From positions 1-29,756 of the IMG/VR virus record IMGVR_UViG_3300017766_003214: 29,756 nucleotides of DNA; one strand, written 5' to 3'. This document shows positions 1-6,438 of this stretch, one piece after another (position 1 is the stretch's first letter; each line of letters starts with the position of its first letter). The notes under the pieces are model-generated. The model had not been told where the DNA came from. It saw nothing but the letters and a program-made list of their open reading frames with translations, and did not search any database. The position numbers and the translations under genes were made by a program. The DNA is from a virus. Its lineage: Duplodnaviria; Caudoviricetes.

Positions 1-1
1 C

Positions 2-91
2 CGCCTCTACATCGCCGCGAAGAAGCTCGGCCTGCGGATCGCAAAGAAGTACAAAGCCCGAGGCCCTAACAAGGTACGCATCAAACGATGA
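2..91 (+). CDS. 3' end of a truncated basic hypothetical protein (...RLYIAAKKLGLRIAKKYKARGPNKVRIKR*)
   Basis: Open frame from the window edge to TGA at 89-91, overlapping the next ATG (ATGA coupling at 88-91). Confidence 0.6.
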   Translation, partial: RLYIAAKKLGLRIAKKYKARGPNKVRIKR

Positions 92-534
92 GCGACCCAA
101 CCCGATACCGCGTGGCCAACAACCAGGCGCAACTGACCCTTGGCGGCAACATCCTCGCCGTTGACCCCGCTGGCCCGCTGGTCATGTACGACGACTACGC
201 CCGCCTTAAGGCCGAGGTCGAGCGGCTGCGGTTTGCGGAAGATTTGCTGAAGGATGAGAACCAGCACCTCCATAAAGAACAACCTTTGCCCGATGGCTGG
301 AACTCCGCAGTAGCCAAGGCTTGCGACTTGTTAGCCGAAAAGGAAAAGGAAATCGCCCGCCTCAAGGCCGAGGTCGAGCGGCTGAACGGCGAGCTCGGCG
401 AGCTGGAAGGCATCCGGTCCTACCTCAAGTGGAACGGGCTCCAGGCTGATCTGAAAGACTGGCTCGACTGGCGCGCCGGTCGCAACGGATCCGAGATCCC
501 TTTCCCCAAAGACTTCCTCCCACCCAATGCCTGA
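88..534 (+). CDS. Hypothetical coiled-coil phage protein with duplicated ARLKAEVERL segment
   Basis: 148-aa ORF overlapping both neighbours, GC3-rich codons, internal repeat. Confidence 0.75.
   Translation: MSDPTRYRVANNQAQLTLGGNILAVDPAGPLVMYDDYARLKAEVERLRFAEDLLKDENQHLHKEQPLPDGWNSAVAKACDLLAEKEKEIARLKAEVERLNGELGELEGIRSYLKWNGLQADLKDWLDWRAGRNGSEIPFPKDFLPPNA
198..384 (+). repeat. 31-bp direct repeat (198-228 and 354-384)
   Basis: CGCCCGCCTYAAGGCCGAGGTCGAGCGGCTG, 30/31 identical, in frame. Confidence 0.9.
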
Positions 535-1411
535 CCTAACTCACGCGGATCGCGGCTCGCCCTTCCAGGCGCCGCCGGCGACTCCTTACAACATCATCAG
601 CTTCGGCGCCGGCGTGCAGTCCAGCACGATGGCCCTCATGGCTGCCAAGGGCCTGATCGGGCCGATGCCGGACGCCGCGATCTTCGCGGATGTCCAGTCC
701 GAGCCCGAGTCCGTCTACACCTGGCTCGATTACATCGAGAAGCAGCTGCCCTTCCCCGTGATCCGGGTGTCCAAGGGCTGCCTGGAGAAGGACGCCCTGG
801 TCGTGAAGGAATACCTCAAGCGGCCCGGCGAATACTGGGTCAAGTCCCTGATCCCTGCTTTCGTCAAGAATGAGGACGGGTCCAAGGGCATCGTCGGCCG
901 GGCGTGCACCGCCATGTACAAGGTCGAACAGATCATCAAGGCCACCCGCCAGGCCGCCAAGATCAAGCGAGGCCAGAAACATGTGACTGTCACCCAATGG
1001 ATCGGGATCTCCTATGACGAGATGCAGCGCATGAAGCAGCCGTCCACCGCCTGGACATTCCACCGGTGGCCCCTGGTCGAGCTCAAGATGACCCGCCAGG
1101 ATTGCCTGGACTGGATGGCAGCCAACGGCTACCCCAAGCCGCCCAGGTCCAGCTGCGTGTTCTGCCCCTATCACTCCAACAAGGAGTGGATCCGGCTGCG
1201 CGATGAGGAGCCCAAGGAATTCGCACGGGCCGTGGAATTTGAGCGCCAGATGCACGCAGCCAACGCCCGCACAGTCAATCTGCGCGGGGTTCCCTACCTT
1301 CACGCCAGCCTGAAGCCCCTGGATCAGGTCAACCTGGAAGCCGGCGCCGCCGATCCCAAGCAGCGCAACTTCGACTTCAACCAGGAGTGCGAGGGCATGT
1401 GCGGAGTCTGA
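527..1411 (+). CDS. PAPS reductase/DndC-like adenine nucleotide alpha-hydrolase (PP-loop) protein, possibly Fe-S binding
   Basis: N-terminal ISFGAGVQS PP-loop, AIFAD, RACT..YKV, WIGISYDE..R, PPRSSCVFCPY, C-terminal CEGMCGV. Confidence 0.8.
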   Translation: MPDLTHADRGSPFQAPPATPYNIISFGAGVQSSTMALMAAKGLIGPMPDAAIFADVQSEPESVYTWLDYIEKQLPFPVIRVSKGCLEKDALVVKEYLKRPGEYWVKSLIPAFVKNEDGSKGIVGRACTAMYKVEQIIKATRQAAKIKRGQKHVTVTQWIGISYDEMQRMKQPSTAWTFHRWPLVELKMTRQDCLDWMAANGYPKPPRSSCVFCPYHSNKEWIRLRDEEPKEFARAVEFERQMHAANARTVNLRGVPYLHASLKPLDQVNLEAGAADPKQRNFDFNQECEGMCGV

Positions 1412-1415
1412 TCAC

Positions 1416-1625
1416 ATGAGCGACACCAACGAACGAAAGCTGATCGCCAGGATCGCCGACCAGGACCTGATCATCCGGCGTCTGATCGGCGCCGGCAACG
1501 ACATGGCTGCGGCCCTGGGCGAGGGCTGCGCCCACGATGAGGACGGCTGCGATGCCTGTGTCGCCGCCGTGGCCGTATGGGACCGGCTCTACCGGGAGAT
1601 CAAAAGAAACGACAAGGCCCCGTAA
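1416..1625 (+). CDS. Small hypothetical protein (CAHDEDGCDAC, possible metal site)
   Basis: 69-aa ORF 4 nt after the previous stop, ending in a terminator. Confidence 0.65.
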   Translation: MSDTNERKLIARIADQDLIIRRLIGAGNDMAAALGEGCAHDEDGCDACVAAVAVWDRLYREIKRNDKAP

Positions 1626-1641
1626 ACCGGGGCTTTTTTGT
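1614..1641 (+). terminator. Rho-independent terminator
   Basis: GCCCCG-TAAAC-CGGGGC stem followed by TTTTTT. Confidence 0.85.
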
Positions 1642-1662
1642 GCCCCAATCTTTTTTGAAAAT

Positions 1663-1705
1663 AAGTGCAAATTACACTTGCATGCCCTGATAACACAGCC
1701 ATGTT
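1663..1705 (+). promoter_or_regulatory. Putative promoter TTGCAT(1678-1683)-N16-CATGTT(1700-1705) with an overlapping operator-like palindrome AAGTGCAA-A-TTACACTT (1663-1679)
   Basis: AT-rich tract just after a terminator; same geometry as five other sites in the window. Confidence 0.6.
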
Positions 1706-1710
1706 CCCAT

Positions 1711-2227
1711 CTGTCGCCGTTAACCCGGCACGCGTTTTTTGACAGTCCAACCAAACCGACAAGACCTGGCATAGGCCAGGCACACAACCCAGCTGGGCAA
1801 CCAGCTGGGCCACTTTACCGGCCCCGTACGGGGCCACCAACCGCATGAACCGACAACACCAGACTCCCTCAAGAGTCCGGGCCGGTAGCCCTCCAGGCGA
1901 CCCGGCCCGTCATGCGGATCCTTTACGCCCGCTCCTGCGGGCTTGACTAGCCGGATACTGAGACCGCCCGCGCCCACTACATTTCAGGGTACACGGCGGT
2001 TTCTACGAACCGGCAGTCTTCACTTTCCGGCAGCAATGCCGGCGATCCGGTTCACCCTCCCGCGCAAGCGGGCGCCAAGCCGGCCAGAAACCAATAACCT
2101 GGAGCCCTCGGATCAGTAATGGTCCTCGGTACATGACAGGGCGCCGATAGCAATCGGCCCAGATGCCGTAAAACGCCTACGGGGGACATCGTCCGTATCC
2201 GGCCACGCGCGCCTCATCTCCGCGTGG
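1711..2227 (+). ncRNA. Candidate large structured non-coding RNA or structured leader; family not recognised
   Basis: More than 12 consecutive or nested stems, four closed by GNRA loops on the + strand (GCAA 1797-1800, 2033-2036, 2064-2067; GTAA 2116-2119); multibranch closure CCGCATGA 1841-1848/TCATGCGG 1910-1917; no convincing ORF. Confidence 0.7.
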
Positions 2228-2242
2228 TGTCTCTTTCTACTG

Positions 2243-2653
2243 ATGCGTAAGCAGCAGCCGACCCCCGTGGACACGGGCACACAGTCCACCGACGCCGGCG
2301 CGGTCAAAGCCGCCGGCAAGCCGAGCAAGTTCACGCGAGGCAAGGATGTCACCTTCAAGGTGAACTCCAAGCTGACCACGAACCTGATCACCCTCGGGCA
2401 TCTCGCGTACCAGGCCCTCGAAACGCCCGGTACCGACATCGACCTGGCGCTCTCCAAGCGTCTCTGGGTCCGCAGCGTCAAGTCGCTCATCGCTCTCCGC
2501 CTCGCCGGGGGCGGCAGCGTCCCCGCCATCAAAGGCGTGGATGTTGTCGCTTTCTACGGGGTCGAGGGCGTGAAGCCCAGCAAGACCGAAGCGGACATCA
2601 AGCGCCTGGAGGCCAGGATCGCGAAGCTCAAGGCCAAGCTCGGCAAGAAGTGA
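2243..2653 (+). CDS. Basic hypothetical protein with C-terminal coiled coil
   Basis: 136 aa, strong GC3 codon bias, Lys-rich C-terminus, followed by a hairpin. Confidence 0.8.
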   Translation: MRKQQPTPVDTGTQSTDAGAVKAAGKPSKFTRGKDVTFKVNSKLTTNLITLGHLAYQALETPGTDIDLALSKRLWVRSVKSLIALRLAGGGSVPAIKGVDVVAFYGVEGVKPSKTEADIKRLEARIAKLKAKLGKK

Positions 2654-2657
2654 ACCC

Positions 2658-2691
2658 ACGGGGCGCTCATCCAAAACGATGGGCGCCCCGT
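2658..2691 (+). other. 14-bp intergenic hairpin (processing, stabilising or weak terminator element)
   Basis: ACGGGGCGCTCATC-CAAAAC-GATGGGCGCCCCGT with one U-G pair; only a weak U tract follows. Confidence 0.65.
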
Positions 2692-2725
2692 CCTATTTAT
2701 GAGGGGCGATCCCTTTTTCCCAACC

Positions 2726-3133
2726 ATGAAACACAACCAACCCGGCAAGTGGACCGCGAGCGAGCTCGCCGACCATGCTGCCAAACAGGTTCCGGCTTAC
2801 CTTAACAAGCCGACCGAACGCCTGGTGCGGTATTACACCACGCGACAGATCCTGGACAAGCCCAACCGGACCGACGCCGACAAGCGCCGGGCCGTCTACG
2901 GCGAACGCCAGTTGTACCAGCTCCTGCTGGCCCTCGTGTTCAACTACGCGGGCCCGGGCGCCATCGAGGCCCACAGTCGCGGATACTTCCGCTTCCCCAC
3001 GACCTCGCAGACCGGCACGGAGCACGCGCTCCGGGATCTGTATCTCCAGGCAATCGGGCCCGGTGGCATCGCCAACAACGCTTACACGCTGAAGGTGAAG
3101 ACCAAGTGGCTGCCGAAGGGGGGTTCCAAGTGA
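2726..3133 (+). CDS. MerR-type helix-turn-helix DNA-binding protein
   Basis: WTASELA...TERLVRYYTTRQILDKP...RRAVYGERQLYQL resembles the MerR winged HTH; start moved to the ATG at 2726 (CCAACC-ATG context). Confidence 0.75.
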   Translation: MKHNQPGKWTASELADHAAKQVPAYLNKPTERLVRYYTTRQILDKPNRTDADKRRAVYGERQLYQLLLALVFNYAGPGAIEAHSRGYFRFPTTSQTGTEHALRDLYLQAIGPGGIANNAYTLKVKTKWLPKGGSK

Positions 3134-3594
3134 GCACCCCGGAGCTTAACCCGATCGAACCCAAGGTGCTGGAAGCCTTCTCCTATGTGATCGTCACGGC
3201 GGTCGAAGGCGGCCATTACACCCGGGACGATTACCGCGAATGGACCCAGTACGCGCATGCGGACGGCCCGGACGGGTTTTTCCAAGCTGCCGTGACTGTC
3301 TACCCCAACCGGGTCGGCAAGTACGACAGCGATGAGAAGCCCGACCCCGTGCGCGTCACCGCGGACTGGTTCGCCCGGCGCATCGCGCAGGGTTTCCTGC
3401 GCGGGATCGACAAGAAGTACCCCGGGCTCGCCTGGCCTCGCAAGCCGGCCGAAGGCCCGGAGATCCCGCCGGCGCTGTTCGACAAGGCAGCCCGGCTGCT
3501 CATCGGCGATGAAGATGTCGCCGGGGAGATCGATGTCATCGACGCCGGCGCGCTGCTTCAGGTAGCCGTCTACGGCGAGGTCATCTACGGATAA
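3130..3594 (+). CDS. Conserved phage hypothetical protein (AxEGG ... DAxxxxQxAxYGEVIYG type)
   Basis: GTGA overlap with the upstream stop; C-terminal IDAGALLQVAVYGEVIYG resembles a recurrent phage protein motif. Confidence 0.75.
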   Translation: MSTPELNPIEPKVLEAFSYVIVTAVEGGHYTRDDYREWTQYAHADGPDGFFQAAVTVYPNRVGKYDSDEKPDPVRVTADWFARRIAQGFLRGIDKKYPGLAWPRKPAEGPEIPPALFDKAARLLIGDEDVAGEIDVIDAGALLQVAVYGEVIYG

Positions 3595-3597
3595 CAA

Positions 3598-3656
3598 GGG
3601 CGAAACGCACCGGCACGGGCCGGGCGTCCCGGCGTCTCGCGCCGGCTGACGAGCCC
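3598..3656 (+). ncRNA. Type II hammerhead ribozyme; predicted cleavage after C3628 (GUC)
   Basis: Stem II GGGC 3598-3601/GCCC 3653-3656; GAAA 3602-3605; stem III ACGC-a-CCGGC/GCCGG-GCGT; GTC 3626-3628; stem I CCGGCG-TCTCG-CGCCGG 3629-3645; core CTGACGA 3646-3652. Confidence 0.92.
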
Positions 3657-3694
3657 CGTCAGTTAATCCAAACCAACCAAAAAACCGAAAAAAC

Positions 3695-4114
3695 ATGATC
3701 AAAAACCTCAACCCCGATGTCCTCAAGGCCCTGGCCGTGGACATCGACGCCGCGCTCAAGGCTGTCGCCGACAAGCATGGTCTCAGCATCACCACCGGCA
3801 ACAGTCGTTATGACGACCTGACCGCCGAAATGAAGCTGAAGATCAGCACGATCGATGACACCGGCGTCACCAACACGCGCGAACGCAACGCGCTCAACAC
3901 CTGGTCCGATCACCTCCTGAACGGGCTGCAGTACGGCGACAAGGTCACGCTGCTCACCCGCAAGGGCAAGCTGCAGTACTCTGTCGCCGGCTATGTCAGC
4001 CGGTCCGGTAAGCTGCAGATGACCGGCCCGGACCAAAAGACCTGGCTGTTTGACGCAGCCGCGGTCGTGGCGCAGATCAAGGACGGCAAGGCGTCCGTGT
4101 CCAAAGCCTCCTAA
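3695..4114 (+). CDS. Phage hypothetical protein
   Basis: 139 aa, A/C-rich leader, typical codon bias. Confidence 0.8.
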   Translation: MIKNLNPDVLKALAVDIDAALKAVADKHGLSITTGNSRYDDLTAEMKLKISTIDDTGVTNTRERNALNTWSDHLLNGLQYGDKVTLLTRKGKLQYSVAGYVSRSGKLQMTGPDQKTWLFDAAAVVAQIKDGKASVSKAS

Positions 4115-4115
4115 C

Positions 4116-4544
4116 ATGGGCCTGGACATGTTCGCCCTGTCGTGTGACCCGGCCAAGGTCACGCGCACCGATCTGGGCGTGGATCAGCTTCCCTCGTGGC
4201 ACCCGGACACCCCGGCTGACGCGACCATGATCCACACCTGGCGCAAGCACCCGGACCTCCACCAATGGATGACCGACCTGTACTTCCGTAAGGAAGCGCT
4301 GGAAGGCCCCATCACCGAAGCTGAAATGGGCCCGGCCTTCAACATGGGCCAGTTCGTGCGCCTCACGGATCACGACCTGGATCAGCTTGAAGCCGCTGTC
4401 GAAGCCGGCGCGCTGCCCAAGGCCGCCGGCTTTTTCTGGGGCGTCAGCACCCCGGACGACCGCAAGGACGACCTGGCCTTCATCAAGAAGGCCCGGAAGG
4501 CCCTCAAGGCCGGCAAGGCGGTGTTCTACACCTCGTGGTGGTGA
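4116..4544 (+). CDS. Conserved phage protein of the MGLDM...WRKH...YxSWW type
   Basis: Starts MGLDMF 1 nt after the previous stop; HTWRKHPDLHQWM, GFFWG and FYTSWW motifs. Confidence 0.8.
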   Translation: MGLDMFALSCDPAKVTRTDLGVDQLPSWHPDTPADATMIHTWRKHPDLHQWMTDLYFRKEALEGPITEAEMGPAFNMGQFVRLTDHDLDQLEAAVEAGALPKAAGFFWGVSTPDDRKDDLAFIKKARKALKAGKAVFYTSWW

Positions 4545-4564
4545 TCGGTTTGGTTGGCTGTCTC

Positions 4565-4595
4565 GGGCCCGGGGTTCATCCCCCGGGCCTTTTTT
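4565..4595 (+). terminator. Rho-independent terminator
   Basis: GGCCCGGGG-TTCATC-CCCCGGGCC followed by TTTTTT. Confidence 0.88.
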
Positions 4596-4713
4596 GTGCC
4601 CGGCGCTGTCAGCACATGATCACGAAAACGACCCTTTCCGGTTCGGAAAACCCATTTTGGTTATCCGAACGGACATAAAAGGCCCGTTCCTGTGATCATA
4701 CGCTGACAGTAGA

Positions 4714-4971
4714 TTAGATCAGCCGGCGCCAGCGCGGCAGATCCTGCCGGGCCTTGCGCAGCTTCAGCCGGTACCGGCGCATCACCTGGGCCTTGCGCGC
4801 GCGCCGATCCGCAGCCCGGCGCCGGCTCTCAGCCACCTGGCAGCGCTGCTTGTCCAGGCGGTCTTGGTACCACGCGAACATCGACCCCACCGGCCAGGCC
4901 GGCAGCTTCAGGCGCCGGATCACGCGCGGCACCGATCCCACAGGATCGAGAAATTCGCTGTTTTCGGCCAT
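4714..4971 (-). CDS. Small Arg-rich hypothetical protein (start uncertain)
   Basis: 85-aa minus-strand frame (MAENSEFLDP...) with plausible codon use; no recognisable motif. Confidence 0.4.
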   Translation of the reverse strand: MAENSEFLDPVGSVPRVIRRLKLPAWPVGSMFAWYQDRLDKQRCQVAESRRRAADRRARKAQVMRRYRLKLRKARQDLPRWRRLI

Positions 4972-4974
4972 TAT

Positions 4975-5330
4975 TTTGAGGAAAGTTCCTCGTTTTGGGA
5001 ATTTCATGAAACCCCAATGTTTTTGAGACATCCCGGAAAGACAAGCCCATCAGCTGACACTAGCGTGGTCGGCTGCCTTTCCACGCTGCCTTGCACGCCA
5101 GGCGTGCGCAACCTCATGCAGATCAGCCCCATGCAGCCAGGCGTAGATCGGCCCGGTGATCGCCTGACTTGCGCGCGAGGAAGCTTTTCCTTTCCTGTCT
5201 ACGCATCAAACCCCCGTAAACATTAGAGGAAAGTGAGTCTCCCTACGGGATAGGTTAAGACGCCCTAACGGGCTGTCGTTAACCCCCTTAGCCCTGACGG
5301 GCAGGGGGCACGACCCGTTAACTCTGATCT
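4975..5330. other. Palindrome-rich non-coding region (candidate origin or regulatory hub)
   Basis: GAGGAA-AG-TTCCTC 4978-4991, TTTCATGAAA 5002-5011, TCCCTACGGGA 5240-5250, GCCCTAACGGGC 5262-5273, GCCCTGACGGGC 5291-5302. Confidence 0.45.
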
Positions 5331-5369
5331 CGCGTAGGCCGGACCCCATCCTCACAACCTGGACAACCC

Positions 5370-5804
5370 ATGAAAGTCATCCTGATCGTCAAAGGACACC
5401 CCAGACCTCAACCCAGGCCCAGGTTCATCAAGGGCAGAGCTGTCAGCTGCGCCGATCCCCTGGCAGCCGCCTGGAAAGCCCGGATCAAAGCCGCAGCTTC
5501 CCAGGTCCACCTGGAGCTCCCCAAAGGCCCTCTCAGCTGCAGCATGTGGTTCCGGATGCCAACCAAGGACCAGGCCAGGGCCGAGAAACCTCACACCCAG
5601 GTCCCGGACCTGGACAACCTGGCTAAGCTGGTCCTGGACGCGATCCAGGACACCGGGCTCCTGGTCAACGACTCCCAGGTCGCCAGGCTCAACCTGGACA
5701 AGACCTGGGCGCCCCTGGATCACTCCGGAGTCATGGTTGAGCTCGAAACCTGGGAACCCTCAGATCAGCGCGCAGAGCTGCCAAAGCCGGGCTGGCTGGA
5801 GTAA
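5370..5804 (+). CDS. rusA: RusA-family Holliday junction resolvase
   Basis: GHPRPQPRPR N-terminus; PDLDNLAKLVLDAI and LVNDSQV catalytic-region motifs. Confidence 0.9.
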   Translation: MKVILIVKGHPRPQPRPRFIKGRAVSCADPLAAAWKARIKAAASQVHLELPKGPLSCSMWFRMPTKDQARAEKPHTQVPDLDNLAKLVLDAIQDTGLLVNDSQVARLNLDKTWAPLDHSGVMVELETWEPSDQRAELPKPGWLE

Positions 5805-5859
5805 GGGGTATCAGGCCCCAGGCCAGGAGCTCAAAAGGCTTCCTGGGGCATTTGCGGGC

Positions 5860-6429
5860 CTACTTTTTCTCCCCGTTTAGGTCGATTACCCCGTCTTTTT
5901 GCGAAACTCCCGCTTTTACCGCGCTTTTCAGGTGATCGAAGGTTTGCCGGCCCCGCGTCACGAATTCCTCCAGCTCGCTCACGCTCATCTGGTGCAGCTG
6001 CTTGCCGGACTGTTTCAGCCCTAGCTGCAAGCTCGCAGCCACCGCGCTCAACCCGTGCCCGGACGCCTCCAGCGTCCACTTGGCTGCCTGGAACCGCACC
6101 TGGGCCGGCGAAGCCGGATCGGTCATCAGCTGCTGGATCACCGACCAGGCCCTGGTTGCCCCAGCTGTCTTGATCTCCGTGTCCCGGCGCAGCTCAACCA
6201 CCTCCCGGATCCGCGGATCAGCCAGCAGCTGCTTGGCAGCCGGGCCTGGATCGGCGTAGCCGGCCGCTTCAGCTGCCAGCTTGGCATCGCCGCCGTTGCC
6301 AATGTACAGGTCGCAGAAGCCCAGCTCCTGGTCGGTCAGCGCAGCTGATCCGGCTGCCGGCTTGACCTGGAGCTCGCCTTTCCAGGAGTCCTTGGCCTGG
6401 GTCACATTCATGGGGGTCTTAGGTGTCAT
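5860..6429 (-). CDS. terS: Terminase small subunit-like HTH protein
   Basis: LTDQELGFCDLYIGNGGDAKLAAEAAGYA...AKQLLADPRIR matches the TerS N-terminal HTH pattern, followed by an oligomerisation-type helix pair (VRFQAAKWTLE). Confidence 0.78.
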   Translation of the reverse strand: MTPKTPMNVTQAKDSWKGELQVKPAAGSAALTDQELGFCDLYIGNGGDAKLAAEAAGYADPGPAAKQLLADPRIREVVELRRDTEIKTAGATRAWSVIQQLMTDPASPAQVRFQAAKWTLEASGHGLSAVAASLQLGLKQSGKQLHQMSVSELEEFVTRGRQTFDHLKSAVKAGVSQKDGVIDLNGEKK

Positions 6430-6438
6430 AGGGAAAGA

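Larger units (their letters stand above)
1741..4562. repeat. Long-range inverted repeat bracketing the transcription unit (1741-1759 / 4545-4562)
   Basis: GACAGtCCAACCAAACCGA versus TCGGTTTGGTTGGCTGTC: 18 bp with one bulged base. Confidence 0.8.

Noticed and set aside
1878-1920. Possible HDV-like ribozyme (GGCCGG...CTCC...CCGGCC)
   Set aside because: No P2 or P1.1 pairing and no J4/2 catalytic C context found.
1845-1946. 33-codon ORF inside the structured region
   Set aside because: No phage-like codon bias and its ATG is buried in a stem; a leader-peptide role cannot be fully excluded.
4978-5240. GAGGAAAG motifs resembling the RNase P RNA 5' conserved region
   Set aside because: Not followed by the GUCC context or a matching 3' P4 strand; better explained as local palindromes.
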